The notes: generated from the letters alone by a model not told the origin. DNA of 64,000 nt from Spirochaetota bacterium (GCA_963663865.1 OY760686.1:1440001-1504000); one strand, 5' to 3'; counted from the first letter of the stretch, positions 1 through 10,799 are shown. Made by a program: numbers and translations.

Positions 1-52
1 CAGATGTGAATCTGTGCCCGCACAGGAAAAAAAATTATTCTGGAGAAAGAGT

Positions 53-580
53 ATGACTTCAAGAGCAGCCGGACTTAAACCCTGCAAAGTCGACGAGGTT
101 GATGAGCAGATCCTTGATATACTGGCCTTTCAGGCGAAGACAACTCATCAGGATATTGCCAGGCAGCTTAAACTCGACGAGTCAGATGTTACAAAGCGGA
201 TTGATCGTCTCGAAAAGGAAGGCGTGATAATCGGATACAGAGCTCATATAAACTGGCAGCGTGTAAGGCAGAATCATGTCAGCGCCCTGATAGAGGTAAA
301 GGTGAGCCCTGAACGCAACGTTGGATTTGATGCGGTCGCTGAAGCAATCTACAAGTTTCCGGAGGTATCTTCCCTCTCTCTTCTTTCCGGGGGATATGAC
401 CTTCTGGTGCAGATTGAGGGTGACAATCTCAGAGAGGTCGCTCTGTTTGTTGCAGAGAAGCTGGCTCCCATAAGCGGTGTTCAGTCAACGGTTTCACACT
501 TTCTTTTGAAAACATACAAAGAAGACGGAGTAATGCTTGTGGAACCGGGCGGCAATAACAGGCTGCCAGTTGCGCCCTGA
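53..580 (+). CDS. Lrp/AsnC family transcriptional regulator
   Basis: N-terminal HTH (VDEVDEQILDIL...IARQLKL...RIDRLEKEGVI) plus AsnC ligand domain (LSGGYDLLVQI). ATG at 53 follows GGAG; the ORF track opens at 14. Confidence 0.9.
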   Translation: MTSRAAGLKPCKVDEVDEQILDILAFQAKTTHQDIARQLKLDESDVTKRIDRLEKEGVIIGYRAHINWQRVRQNHVSALIEVKVSPERNVGFDAVAEAIYKFPEVSSLSLLSGGYDLLVQIEGDNLREVALFVAEKLAPISGVQSTVSHFLLKTYKEDGVMLVEPGGNNRLPVAP

Positions 581-647
581 CCTTTATTCGGGAAAAAGAC
601 TGGACAATTCGGGCCTGTTTTTTATTTAAACACCAGAGGTTTAACAG

Positions 648-3626
648 ATGGAACAGGCACGTTACCGTATTGAGGTTTTTTACAAAGCGGCTGATTACAG
701 AAGCCGTGTTATCGCTGAAAAGCTGAACAGACTCGGCTGCGGTGTTGAACAGGCATGGATGACGGACAATTACCTGCTGAATGCCGATATTACTGAAGAT
801 GATGCCGAAAGGGCGGCCCTATCGCTTGCCCAGGCGGTAACGCAGTCATATAAATTAAACACACCATATAATCCGGGAGATTTCGACTATGCGGTTGAAA
901 TCGGCTATCTGCCCGGAGTCACAGACAACGTATCCCACACAGTCAGGGAATCCATTGAAGATCTTCTAAAAACAGAACTCGATGTTGAGAAGTCGGTTTT
1001 TACAAGCGTGACGTACTTTTTTAAGCTGAAGGATAGGGCTTCCGTTAAGAAGATTGCTGAGGAGCTTCATAATCCGCTTATTCAGCGTTCCCGAATTATG
1101 ACCGCAGACGAGTACATATCTGAAGGCGGAATGGGGCGCCGCATACCGGTCGTTCACATTCACGAGAGGGCGTCTGCCGACATAGTTGATTTGAATATTT
1201 CCGAGGATGAGCTCGCTGTCATAGGGAAAGAGGGAATCGCCGATAGCGATGGTTCCCGCAGGGGGCCTCTGGCCCTCGACAGGCCTTCGCTCATCGCTAT
1301 AAAAGATTACTTTCTTGAAAAAGAGAAGCGGAATCCACGGGACATTGAGCTTGAGTCAATCGCTCAGACCTGGAGCGAACACTGCAAGCACACCATTTTC
1401 GCCGCCGAAATTGACGAGGTAAAGGACGGTATATTCAAGCGGTACATACGTGAGGCTACAGTGCGTATACGCCGCGAGAAGGGCGACAGGGACTTCTGCC
1501 TCTCGGTGTTCACCGACAACGCGGGCGGAATTGAGTTCGATGACGACTATATAGTCGCTGACAAGGTTGAAACCCACAACAGCCCGAGCGCTCTCGATCC
1601 TTTCGGCGGTTCGATTACCGGCATAGTGGGCGTAAACCGTGATGCCATCGGTTTCGGTATGGCTTCAAAGCCGATTGCGAACCGCTATGGCTTTTGTTTC
1701 GCGAACCCATTCGATGAGAAGCCTTTATACAGAGGAAAGACGCCTGACACCGCGCTCCTATCCCCCCGCAGAATAATGGAAGGAGTAATTCACGGAGTCA
1801 ACGCCGGAGGCAACACGTCGGGTATTCCGACTCCGCAGGGCTTTGTCTACTTTGACGACAGGTACAAGGGCAAGCCCCTCGTGTTCGTGGGAACAATAGG
1901 CCTCATTCCAAAAACAGTGAACGGCAAGTCCTCGGTAATGAAGCGCGCTCTGCCGGGTGACAATATTGTAATAATTGGCGGCAGGGTCGGCCGCGACGGA
2001 ATACACGGCGCGACTTTTTCATCTGAGGCGCTTGACTCGGGCAGCCCCGCCACCGCTGTTCAGATAGGCGATCCAATTACCCAGAAAAAGCTCTCCGATG
2101 CCGTTGTCAAAGAGGCGCGCGACATGGGGCTCTACAATTCTGTTACCGACAATGGCGCGGGCGGCATCTCCTGCTCCGTAGCTGAGATGGCGAAGGAGTC
2201 AGGCGGTTTCGAGGTTGACCTTGAGAAGGTGCCGCTGAAGTATCCCGGCCTGGCGCCCTGGCAGATATGGGTCAGCGAGTCTCAGGAGAGAATGACGCTG
2301 TCAGTGCCCGACGAAAGCCTTGATAAGTTTATTGCGCTGATGAAGTCCCGCGGTGTTGAGTCGTCCGTGATTGGAAAGTTCAACGCGGGAACGAGAGGCA
2401 TAGTCAGATACAATGGCGAGGTTATATTCGATCTCGATATGACTTTCCTACACGACGGCCTTCCTAAGAAGGTGCTTAAAACAACGCTTAATCTGCCTGA
2501 ACAGCATCCATCCAGCCTGCCTGAACCGGAAAGTCTGAAATCCGCATTTACGGCGATGATATCGAGGCTCAACACTGCTTCTTTTGAATTCATTTCGCAT
2601 CAGTATGACCATGAGGTACAGGCCAACAGCATGATTAAGCCGTTGCAGGGTAAGGGCAGAGTCAACGGCAACGCGAGCGTTATCGCGCCTGTGCCGGGTT
2701 CAAAAAGAGCCGTTGTAATGTCGCAGGCCCTATATCCCTCTTACAGTGAAATCGATCCTTATAAGATGGCGGCCTGTTCGATTGATACCGCAGTCAGAAA
2801 TGCGGTGTCTGTCGGAGGCAGCGTTGATTACATGGCGCTGCTTGACAACTTCTGCTGGTGCGATTCGAACAATCCGGAGAGGCTGGGACAGTTGAAAGAG
2901 GCGGCACGTGCCTGTTACGAATACGCTGTCGCATACGGCGCTCCTTTCGTCTCGGGAAAGGACAGCATGTTTAACGACTTTAAAGGCTACGATGAGTGTT
3001 TTAATCCGGTCAATTTATCAGTGCCGCCGACGCTGCTGATATCTTCAATAGGCGTTATCACCGACAGCTCGGTGTGCCAGACGCTCGACTTCAAGGCAGC
3101 AGGCGATATAATCTACGTAATCGGTTCTACCGGCGATGAGACCGGCGGAAGCGAGTATGAGTTGTACCTGAAGGGGTGCTGCATCTCTGCGGACGGCGGG
3201 GCCGGTACTGTTCCAGCCGTCTGCGCTGCTTCAAATATCAGAACATACAGGCTCTATGAAGAGGCGATGAAAAGGGGCCTGATAGCCTCGGGAATTAGCG
3301 TCGAAAGAGGCGGGATAGGCGTGGCTCTCGCGAAGTCGGCCATCGGCGGCATGATGGGCTGCAATGTTGATATCTCGGCAATCCCTTCTGAAAATGTTGA
3401 TCGGCCCGATATTCTGCTTTTCAGCGAGACTCAGGGGAGGTTTATCGTTTCGGTATCTCCGGAGTCAACGGACGAGTTTGAAAAGATCATGGGGAATACA
3501 GCCTCAAGGGTCGGCAGTACCACTTCAGACGGAACGCTGACTTTAAGCAGGGACAAAGAGGAGCTTGTCAGCCTGAAGGTTGACGATTTGAATACCGCTT
3601 ACCGCGGTGTGTTCGCCGGGTTTTAA
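648..3626 (+). CDS. purL: Phosphoribosylformylglycinamidine synthase, synthetase subunit, with N-terminal PurS-like extension
   Basis: Motifs WSEHCKH, KVETHNSPS, GRDGIHGATFSS, DNGAGG, SESQERM, QYDHEVQ and SGKDSM. Confidence 0.97.
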   Translation: MEQARYRIEVFYKAADYRSRVIAEKLNRLGCGVEQAWMTDNYLLNADITEDDAERAALSLAQAVTQSYKLNTPYNPGDFDYAVEIGYLPGVTDNVSHTVRESIEDLLKTELDVEKSVFTSVTYFFKLKDRASVKKIAEELHNPLIQRSRIMTADEYISEGGMGRRIPVVHIHERASADIVDLNISEDELAVIGKEGIADSDGSRRGPLALDRPSLIAIKDYFLEKEKRNPRDIELESIAQTWSEHCKHTIFAAEIDEVKDGIFKRYIREATVRIRREKGDRDFCLSVFTDNAGGIEFDDDYIVADKVETHNSPSALDPFGGSITGIVGVNRDAIGFGMASKPIANRYGFCFANPFDEKPLYRGKTPDTALLSPRRIMEGVIHGVNAGGNTSGIPTPQGFVYFDDRYKGKPLVFVGTIGLIPKTVNGKSSVMKRALPGDNIVIIGGRVGRDGIHGATFSSEALDSGSPATAVQIGDPITQKKLSDAVVKEARDMGLYNSVTDNGAGGISCSVAEMAKESGGFEVDLEKVPLKYPGLAPWQIWVSESQERMTLSVPDESLDKFIALMKSRGVESSVIGKFNAGTRGIVRYNGEVIFDLDMTFLHDGLPKKVLKTTLNLPEQHPSSLPEPESLKSAFTAMISRLNTASFEFISHQYDHEVQANSMIKPLQGKGRVNGNASVIAPVPGSKRAVVMSQALYPSYSEIDPYKMAACSIDTAVRNAVSVGGSVDYMALLDNFCWCDSNNPERLGQLKEAARACYEYAVAYGAPFVSGKDSMFNDFKGYDECFNPVNLSVPPTLLISSIGVITDSSVCQTLDFKAAGDIIYVIGSTGDETGGSEYELYLKGCCISADGGAGTVPAVCAASNIRTYRLYEEAMKRGLIASGISVERGGIGVALAKSAIGGMMGCNVDISAIPSENVDRPDILLFSETQGRFIVSVSPESTDEFEKIMGNTASRVGSTTSDGTLTLSRDKEELVSLKVDDLNTAYRGVFAGF

Positions 3627-3659
3627 CGGCGGCAGCAAAATAGAAGACAGGAAGTGAAT

Positions 3660-4466
3660 ATGAAACCAGGGGCTTTAATCCTGACAGGCTACGGAATAAA
3701 CTGCGATGAGGAAACACGTTACGCTTTTGAGCGATCAGGAGCGAGAGCCGATATCGTTCATGTTAACGACCTTATTGCCTCTCCGGGGATGCTTGCTGAT
3801 TATAATATTTTCGTTTTTCCGGGCGGTTTTTCGTACGGAGATGATACTGGAAGCGGCAAGGCGCTTTCAAACCGAATCAGGAACAACCTTTCCGAGGAAC
3901 TCGGCAGCTTTATCGAGAGGGACACTCTGGTGCTTGGTATCTGCAACGGATTTCAGGTCATGGTGAACCTCGGCCTTGTGCCGGCGATTGGTGAGCCGTT
4001 CGGAACAGTTGAGGCGTCGCTTGAGCACAATAAATCCTTCAGATATCAGTGCCGATGGGTTGACCTGAAGGTGGATGCGGACTCTCCCTGTGTTTTTACC
4101 CGCGGCGTGGAGTATATGCATGTTCCTGTCGCTCATGGCGAGGGAAACTTTTACGCTCCTGAAAGCGTCATTGATGTTATCGAAAAAGAGCACCTGTCTG
4201 TTATGAAGTACGTTAACCCGGATGGTTCGCCCGCCTCAGGTTCTTTCCCGGCCAACCCTAACGGTTCACTGAACGATATTGCCGCGCTCTGCAGCCGCTC
4301 GGGCCGTGTAATGGGGATGATGCCGCATCCTGAAAGGGGAATGCTGTTTACCCAGAGAGACGACTGGACCCTTAAGAGGGAAGAGCTTCGCAGAAAGGGA
4401 CAGCCTGTGCCGGAGGAGAGCGACGGCATGATAATCTTTAAAAATGCCGTTTCGTACTTTGAATAG
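3660..4466 (+). CDS. purQ: FGAM synthase glutamine amidotransferase subunit
   Basis: Motifs GYGINCD, PGGFSYGD, LGICNGFQ, AHGEG and MMPHPER; lies directly after purL. Confidence 0.96.
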   Translation: MKPGALILTGYGINCDEETRYAFERSGARADIVHVNDLIASPGMLADYNIFVFPGGFSYGDDTGSGKALSNRIRNNLSEELGSFIERDTLVLGICNGFQVMVNLGLVPAIGEPFGTVEASLEHNKSFRYQCRWVDLKVDADSPCVFTRGVEYMHVPVAHGEGNFYAPESVIDVIEKEHLSVMKYVNPDGSPASGSFPANPNGSLNDIAALCSRSGRVMGMMPHPERGMLFTQRDDWTLKREELRRKGQPVPEESDGMIIFKNAVSYFE

Positions 4467-4519
4467 AATGCAGGACAGGGAAACGGCCCATAAGCCGGGT
4501 CTGTCTGTTGGAGAATAAT

Positions 4520-5548
4520 ATGTCATTTATCTATAAAAAGCCGCTTCCCACACCGGAGGAGATAGCTGATAAGTATCCAATGCCGGCGCATCTTCTTAAG
4601 GTTAAGGAGGCCAGGGACAGGGAAATCAGCCGTGTTTTTACGGGCGAAGACAGCAGGCTCGTTGTCATAATCGGCCCGTGTTCGGCGCACGATATAGACT
4701 CAGTCTGCGACTATGCGGGAAGGCTCTCAGCGCTTCAGGAGAAGGTGGCTGAAAAGCTTATTCTGATTCCTCGAATCTACACAAACAAGCCCCGTACTAC
4801 CGGCGAAGGCTACAAGGGGATGTTTCATCAGCCCGACCATCTGAAAGAGACAGATATCGTAAAAGGAATAGAGATGATAAGATACCTTCATTTGAAGTCT
4901 CTTTCCGAGTCACATCTGACTGCCGCGGACGAGATGCTTTACCCTAACAACTATCCCTATCTTGAGGACCTGCTTTCGTATGTCGCCATCGGGGCCCGTT
5001 CCGTGGAAAATCAGCAGCACAGGCTGACCGTAAGCGGGCTTGACATACCTGTAGGCATGAAAAATCCTACTGCCGGTGATATCAGGGTGATGCTTGATTC
5101 CATTTTCGCGGCACAGGTCAGCCATACCTTCGTTTACAGAAGGCATGAGGTTGAGACTTCCGGGAACCCGCTTGCTCATGGAGTGCTCAGGGGCGCTGTA
5201 GACAGAAACGGAAGGAATATCCCAAATTACCACTTTGAAGATCTTCTGCGAGTGGCCAGGATGTATGACGACAGGGGACTAAAAAATCCCGCGCTTATTG
5301 TTGACGCGAACCATGCCAACTCCTCAAAGCTGTTCAAAGAGCAGATACGGATATCAAAAGAAGTCATGTCGAGCAGAACCTACTCGAAGGCTGTACGTGA
5401 TGCCGTTAAAGGTCTAATGATTGAGAGCTATCTCGAGGAAGGTTATCAGGACCCCAATGGTGACAGATACGGATGCTCCATAACCGATCCATGTCTGGGC
5501 TGGGAGGATTCTGAGAGACTTATCCAGGACATAGCCGATATGGTATAG
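4520..5548 (+). CDS. 3-deoxy-7-phosphoheptulonate (DAHP) synthase, class I-alpha
   Basis: Motifs IGPCSAHD, KPRTTG.GYKG, IGARSVENQQHR, DANHANS and SITDPCLGW. ATG at 4520 follows GGAG. Confidence 0.95.
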   Translation: MSFIYKKPLPTPEEIADKYPMPAHLLKVKEARDREISRVFTGEDSRLVVIIGPCSAHDIDSVCDYAGRLSALQEKVAEKLILIPRIYTNKPRTTGEGYKGMFHQPDHLKETDIVKGIEMIRYLHLKSLSESHLTAADEMLYPNNYPYLEDLLSYVAIGARSVENQQHRLTVSGLDIPVGMKNPTAGDIRVMLDSIFAAQVSHTFVYRRHEVETSGNPLAHGVLRGAVDRNGRNIPNYHFEDLLRVARMYDDRGLKNPALIVDANHANSSKLFKEQIRISKEVMSSRTYSKAVRDAVKGLMIESYLEEGYQDPNGDRYGCSITDPCLGWEDSERLIQDIADMV

Positions 5549-5554
5549 CCTGGG

Positions 5555-6292
5555 ATGAGCGTCTTGCCAGAAACACCGATTGAGGCTGCGGGAGGGCCCG
5601 GAGACATAGTAGTTGTTCGTGTCAATATCCCCCTCCTCATAAAAAATGCACTTCCGAATCTGGATCTCACTTCCGCTGCAACTCGCGGACCTGAAGAGTT
5701 TGAAGTTTCTGATTTTTGTTCAAATATTTTAACTCCCGAAGAGATTGTATCTCTCAATAATTTCAAGACATTAAAAAAACAGATTGAGTGGATTTCCGGA
5801 AGGGCCGCTGCGAAAGCGGCTCTTGCTGCCTTTAACGGAGCAGCCGGTTCCGGCGCAGCAGTCGCATACCGAGAGGGGGGGGCTCCATTCTTCCCGGGCT
5901 ATAGTAATCTTTCGCTTTCCATTACCCACTCCGGAGAGCTGGCCGCGGCAGCAGTATCATCTGATTACATGCTGGGCATTGACGCGGAGAGAATTGAGCC
6001 GCGGGATATTGGCGCAGTTATGAGAGTAGCCTTTTCAGCTGAAGAAAGGAAGATTCACAGAGATTCCGGACTTGAAGAGGTCCTGACATCATTTTGTATC
6101 AAGGAGGCATGGCTGAAGTATCTGGGCAGGGGCTTTGCCGAGAGCCCCGCTGGAGTTGAGTATCTCGACGGTGGAATTTTCTATCGCGGAAAGCGGCAAT
6201 CTGAAATCCAGCTTCAAATTGAATCTGATCAGGCAGACTATATTTTCGCGCTTATTTACGGCCCTGGTTTCGGCTGTGTTACTATTATGTAA
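5555..6292 (+). CDS. 4'-phosphopantetheinyl transferase (Sfp-type size)
   Basis: PPTase motifs SGRAAAK, LSITHSG, GIDAE and FCIKEAWLK. Confidence 0.85.
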   Translation: MSVLPETPIEAAGGPGDIVVVRVNIPLLIKNALPNLDLTSAATRGPEEFEVSDFCSNILTPEEIVSLNNFKTLKKQIEWISGRAAAKAALAAFNGAAGSGAAVAYREGGAPFFPGYSNLSLSITHSGELAAAAVSSDYMLGIDAERIEPRDIGAVMRVAFSAEERKIHRDSGLEEVLTSFCIKEAWLKYLGRGFAESPAGVEYLDGGIFYRGKRQSEIQLQIESDQADYIFALIYGPGFGCVTIM

Positions 6293-6402
6293 ACTCCATG
6301 TCTCTGGTTAAAAAATAACTTGAACAGTCTCTTTTTTTAATGTAAAATGAGCTTCTTCTCTTAATATACCCCTTTCGGGGTTTTGCAGGGCATGGAGGCG
6401 CG

Positions 6403-8544
6403 ATGGATACAGTATTACTCCGCGGTCTGATTAACAGCGGAGCACTTCTTATGGCGCTCGTTTTTATATACACGCTGATCAGGCCCGATCCATCGGGGCC
6501 GCTCTACAAGCGCAAGCAGGTATTGGCCGGACTGCTGGTCGGATTTATTTGTATAGCTGTGATGCTTAATGCAGTAGTCACCTCTGACGGAATATTCTTT
6601 GACACGCGTTCAATACTGTTGAGTCTCGCGGCCCTGTACTTCGGCCCGCTGGCCGCTGTTATTGCCGGCCTCATAGGGGCCGGTTTCAGGTTTTTACAGG
6701 GCGGATCAGGGACGGCAATGGGAATTGCTGTGATTTTCGTGTCTGTTTTAACCGGCCTTCTGTGGAGAATGTTCAGAAGCAGGAGGCCGGCTGATTACTC
6801 CTTGCTGGAACTCCTCCTCTTCGGGATAACAGTTCATATCGGAATGCTGCTCTGCACTCCACTGCTTCCTGAAATGGAGTTTGCTGGAACTCTCTCCAGA
6901 ATAGCTCTGCCTATCCTGCTGATTTACCCTCCTGTTACGGTGTTTCTGTCAAAAATACTGACGTTTGAAAATTCACGCATAGAAAAGAGCAGGCTTGCCG
7001 AGGCTCTTGCCGAAAGTGAGGAAAAGTACAGGACTATTGTAGAAACTGCAGATGAAGGGATATGGATGATTGACGCGGATAATCTAATGGTGTTTGTTAA
7101 CGGCAAAATGGGAGATATTCTGGGCTGCAGAGCTGAAGAGATGCTTGGTCAAAGCCTGTTTTCCTATATGGATGAGGTTTCAAAGCTTGAGGCGATAGGA
7201 AATCTTGAAAGGGGCCGTTCCGGCAAAAGAGAAACCCTGACCTTCCGTTTCTCTCACTCAAGCGGAAGGGATGTCTGGACCCGCTTATCTTCAACCCCGC
7301 TTTTCGATAAGTCCGGGCGATACAGGGGGGCTCTGGCGATGGTGACCGACATTACCGGGGAAATCAATACCCGTAAGGAGAAGGAGGATGTTGAGCTTCA
7401 GTTGAGAAGGTCGCAGAAGCTTGAAGCAATCGGGACCCTTGCGGGGGGCATAGCTCACGACTTTAACAATCTCCTCTCGGTGATCATCGGTTTTAGCGAG
7501 CTTGCACTCAAAGCGATCCCCGAAGGTTCACCTGCCAGAGATAAGCTGAGCAATGTGCTCATTGCATCCGATAGGGCCAGGGATCTGGTGAGACAGATTC
7601 TCGCATTCAGCGGCTCTGAGGAGAAGGGCAGCCGTGTTATAAGCCTTTCATCTGTTTGTCTGGAGTCTATTGAGCTTTTAAAGGCGATATTGCCTTCATC
7701 TGTCATACTTGAAGAATCAGTCAGTGATGGTATATTCGTGAACGCTGATCCAGTGCAGATGCAGCAGGTTATTATGAATCTGGCGATGAACGCCAATCAT
7801 GCAATGAGAGACAGGGGAGGCAAGCTGCTCATAAGCCTTTCTCTGATGAGAGGAAACGGTGAGGAAGAGCCGGGGTTTAAAGCCGAGGCGGGAGAAGAGG
7901 GATGGGCGTGTCTGGCGGTAAAGGACAGCGGGACAGGTATGACTAAGGAGCTGATGGAACGCATTTTTGACCCTTTTTTTACAACGAGACCAAGGACCGA
8001 GGGAAGCGGACTTGGACTTTCAGTCGTTCATGGTATTGTAAATAAATTCGGGGGAGAGATAAAGGTCGAGAGCAGCAAGGGAAACGGATCGCTTTTCAAA
8101 ATAATCCTGCCGGCATTTAAGGCTCCCCCATTAAGTGAAAAATCTGAATGCGGCGGGGTGCATACCGGGCTGGAGAAGATTCTGTTCGTTGATGATGAGC
8201 CGCTTCTGCTTCTCATGGGAACTGAGCTTTTGCAGGACATGGGTTACGATGTTACCTCATTCGAGAACAGCGTAAGGGCGCTTGAGGCCTTCAGCAGTTC
8301 ACCTGAATCATTTGACCTCGTTATTACTGATATGACCATGCCGGTAATGGGCGGAGAGGAGCTTGCCAGCAGATTACTTAAGATCAGGCCCGATATACCG
8401 GTGATTCTATGTACCGGGTACAGCGCCGGTTTGACGAGAGATCGGGCTTTTTCAATTGGCATAAGGGAGGTGCTTGAAAAGCCGGTTTCAGGCGCGGGCC
8501 TTTCGGAAGCAATAAAGAGGGTAATGGGGAGCAGCAGTGAATAG
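6403..8544 (+). CDS. Hybrid sensor histidine kinase (5TM LytS/YhcK-type sensor, PAS, HisKA, HATPase, receiver)
   Basis: Hydrophobic N-terminus with FDTRSI, a PAS region, H-box AHDFNNLL, G boxes DSGTGM and GSGLGL, and receiver motifs LFVDDE...ITDMTMP...KP. Confidence 0.93.
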   Translation: MDTVLLRGLINSGALLMALVFIYTLIRPDPSGPLYKRKQVLAGLLVGFICIAVMLNAVVTSDGIFFDTRSILLSLAALYFGPLAAVIAGLIGAGFRFLQGGSGTAMGIAVIFVSVLTGLLWRMFRSRRPADYSLLELLLFGITVHIGMLLCTPLLPEMEFAGTLSRIALPILLIYPPVTVFLSKILTFENSRIEKSRLAEALAESEEKYRTIVETADEGIWMIDADNLMVFVNGKMGDILGCRAEEMLGQSLFSYMDEVSKLEAIGNLERGRSGKRETLTFRFSHSSGRDVWTRLSSTPLFDKSGRYRGALAMVTDITGEINTRKEKEDVELQLRRSQKLEAIGTLAGGIAHDFNNLLSVIIGFSELALKAIPEGSPARDKLSNVLIASDRARDLVRQILAFSGSEEKGSRVISLSSVCLESIELLKAILPSSVILEESVSDGIFVNADPVQMQQVIMNLAMNANHAMRDRGGKLLISLSLMRGNGEEEPGFKAEAGEEGWACLAVKDSGTGMTKELMERIFDPFFTTRPRTEGSGLGLSVVHGIVNKFGGEIKVESSKGNGSLFKIILPAFKAPPLSEKSECGGVHTGLEKILFVDDEPLLLLMGTELLQDMGYDVTSFENSVRALEAFSSSPESFDLVITDMTMPVMGGEELASRLLKIRPDIPVILCTGYSAGLTRDRAFSIGIREVLEKPVSGAGLSEAIKRVMGSSSE

Positions 8545-8567
8545 ACGATTTTTATCAGGAGTACGCT

Positions 8568-9206
8568 ATGGATTTAACTCAATGGAGCTACGAGGCGCTT
8601 GGCAAAAAAGCCTGCGAGGCGCTAAAAAAGAACGGATTTGATGCCCGTTTTGTTTCGACGCCTGCCGAGGCGTTTAGCATCATTATGGGGTTTGTGAATA
8701 AGGCCGGCAATGCCGCCTTCGGAGGTTCTCTGACTCTTAAGGAGCTGGGGATACGGGAAGCGGCTTCTGAAATTGGGGTTTCAATCATTGATCACAGCAG
8801 GCCAGGGCTTTCACCTGAAGAGAAGCTTGATGCAATGAGGCGTGAGCTTACATCTGATCTTTTCCTGACGGGAGCGAATGCGGTAACGCTTGACGGGCGT
8901 ATTATGAACGTGGACATGATCGGCAACCGTCTCGCGGCGATGCTTTTCGGACCAAAAAAGGTCGTGGCCGTCGCCGGCGCGAATAAGATTGTCAGAAACG
9001 AGGATGAGGCCCTGACAAGGATTGAGCTTGCCGCAGGCCCGATGAACAGCAAAAGGCTGGGACTGAACAACCCCTGCGCGGTTACAGGAGTGTGTTCGGA
9101 TTGCAACTCTGATACCAGGATATGCAGGGCCTATCAGGTTCTGAGGAAAAGGCCGCGCGAGACTGATTTTACGGTGATTATTGTCGGCACCGCGATGGGG
9201 CTTTAA
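8568..9206 (+). CDS. LUD-domain (lactate utilization protein C-like) protein
   Basis: Motifs GGSLTL, NAVTLDG..MNVD..GNR and VAGANKIV, with a C-terminal Cys cluster PC...G.C.DC....RIC. Confidence 0.8.
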   Translation: MDLTQWSYEALGKKACEALKKNGFDARFVSTPAEAFSIIMGFVNKAGNAAFGGSLTLKELGIREAASEIGVSIIDHSRPGLSPEEKLDAMRRELTSDLFLTGANAVTLDGRIMNVDMIGNRLAAMLFGPKKVVAVAGANKIVRNEDEALTRIELAAGPMNSKRLGLNNPCAVTGVCSDCNSDTRICRAYQVLRKRPRETDFTVIIVGTAMGL

Positions 9207-9491
9207 TCAGCCGAACTTGTGACTTATGCCGCAGCCGCCCTTCGGAAAACGCCACTTAATGTTCTTATACGGGCAGCCTATTCTGCATGAACCGCACTCA
9301 AGGCAGCCCTCGTAGTTTACCGCAATTCTGCCGTCTTCCGGACGGTAGACAAAGGCCGGGCAGAAGGTGACACAGGGCTGGCCCTTGCACTTTGTGAGAC
9401 ATACAGACTGATCAATTATTTCGAGATGGCTGTCCGTGTCGACTCTGAATCGGTTGTGAAACAGCTTATCATCAATGTTTTCCTTTTTCAT
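9207..9491 (-). CDS. fixX: Ferredoxin-like protein FixX
   Basis: Motifs C...C....C...CPA and YEGCLECGSCRIGC, ending W.FP.GG.G. Overlaps the fixC stop. Confidence 0.9.
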   Translation of the reverse strand: MKKENIDDKLFHNRFRVDTDSHLEIIDQSVCLTKCKGQPCVTFCPAFVYRPEDGRIAVNYEGCLECGSCRIGCPYKNIKWRFPKGGCGISHKFG

Positions 9492-10792
9492 CTTACTGAT
9501 ATGAACCCCCTAATAGCTATGAGCGCCAGTTTGAAAAGGCCCGTCTTTTTGCGGATGTGGCGGAATATGGCCTTCTGCTTTTTCTTCTTGGTGATTCCGT
9601 CAACTGTAAGCATCTCCCTTCCGGCGAACTGGGCAGCGTCAGGCAGTGAGTTGAAGAGGGCCGATGTGTTTTGCAGAAAGCCCGGAAAGCCCCTGTACTT
9701 CTTCATGTCCTTCATCACGAAAGACCTTTTCATTCTAACTGCGTATTCAGAGAGCATGGACTTGCTGAAGTCGTGCTTGCGCGCCGCGTGAATAAGCGTA
9801 AGGGCAGCCATTTTTCCGGAGGCCATTGCCAGATTGCTTCCTTCGCGGTGCAGGGCGTTGAACAGCATGGCTGAGTCGCCCGCTATCAGATATCCGTTTC
9901 CGTAGAGATTGGGAATGGTTCTGTAGCCTCCTTCCGCGAGCCAGTGGGCTGTGTACTCAAGCGTGCGGCCTCCTTCAATCAGCGGGGCTATCATCGGGTG
10001 CTGTTTGAATCTATCCATCAGGTCGTAAGGTCTGGTTCCGGTCTTGACAAAGTGTTTGAGGTTAGCCCCTATTACGAGGGATATGGACCCCCGGTTCGTG
10101 TAGAGCGCGCCGACACCGTTCATGCCGGCCGTAATTGATCCGAGTATTTCGGTTGTAACTCCGTTTTCCCGGCCGACATTGAATCGTGTATCAATGATGT
10201 GCGGATCAAGCTCAATGGTTTCCTTGACAGCGAGCGCGACGTGATCCGGATGCGGGTCTGGCCTGTAGCCAGCTTCAACGGCGAGCGGTGAGTTTATGCC
10301 GTCAGCCAGGATTACAGCGTCGGCGAAGACATCTCCGTCAGGGCGGTTAGTCCTCAGGCCGATAACTTTGCCTTTTTTGTCTCTGATAAGCCCTGTAACG
10401 GTTGTCCCTGACACAACGAGGGCGCCCTTTTGAGAGGCTATGCCGGCGAACCAGCGGTCAAACCTGGCTCTTCCGGCTGTAAAGGCGTTGAGCTTTCTTT
10501 CTTCTGAAAACGCTTTATCGCGGTAACCAATGCTGAAACCGGCCTCGTCTGAGAGATAGAATATTCGCGATTCGACAATATTCCTTTCGACAGGACAATG
10601 CAATTCTTCAAAGCCGGGTACTATTTCAGAAAGGTTATGTCCATATAGAACACCGCCGGACATGTTCTTCGCTCCGGGGTATTCGCCTCTGTCGAGAACG
10701 ATAGTTTTAACGCCGGCATCGGCAAGAACACATGCCGCGGAGAGGCCCGCGGGGCCTGCTCCTACTACCGCTACGGTGAATTTCTCTTCCAT
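9488..10792 (-). CDS. fixC: FAD-dependent ETF-quinone oxidoreductase FixC
   Basis: Motifs GAGPAG, ERG/DRG.YPGAKNMSGG, RARFDRW and AGDSAM...EGSNLAMASG; lies between the etf genes and fixX. Confidence 0.9.
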   Translation of the reverse strand: MEEKFTVAVVGAGPAGLSAACVLADAGVKTIVLDRGEYPGAKNMSGGVLYGHNLSEIVPGFEELHCPVERNIVESRIFYLSDEAGFSIGYRDKAFSEERKLNAFTAGRARFDRWFAGIASQKGALVVSGTTVTGLIRDKKGKVIGLRTNRPDGDVFADAVILADGINSPLAVEAGYRPDPHPDHVALAVKETIELDPHIIDTRFNVGRENGVTTEILGSITAGMNGVGALYTNRGSISLVIGANLKHFVKTGTRPYDLMDRFKQHPMIAPLIEGGRTLEYTAHWLAEGGYRTIPNLYGNGYLIAGDSAMLFNALHREGSNLAMASGKMAALTLIHAARKHDFSKSMLSEYAVRMKRSFVMKDMKKYRGFPGFLQNTSALFNSLPDAAQFAGREMLTVDGITKKKKQKAIFRHIRKKTGLFKLALIAIRGFISVR

Positions 10793-10799
10793 ATAATGT

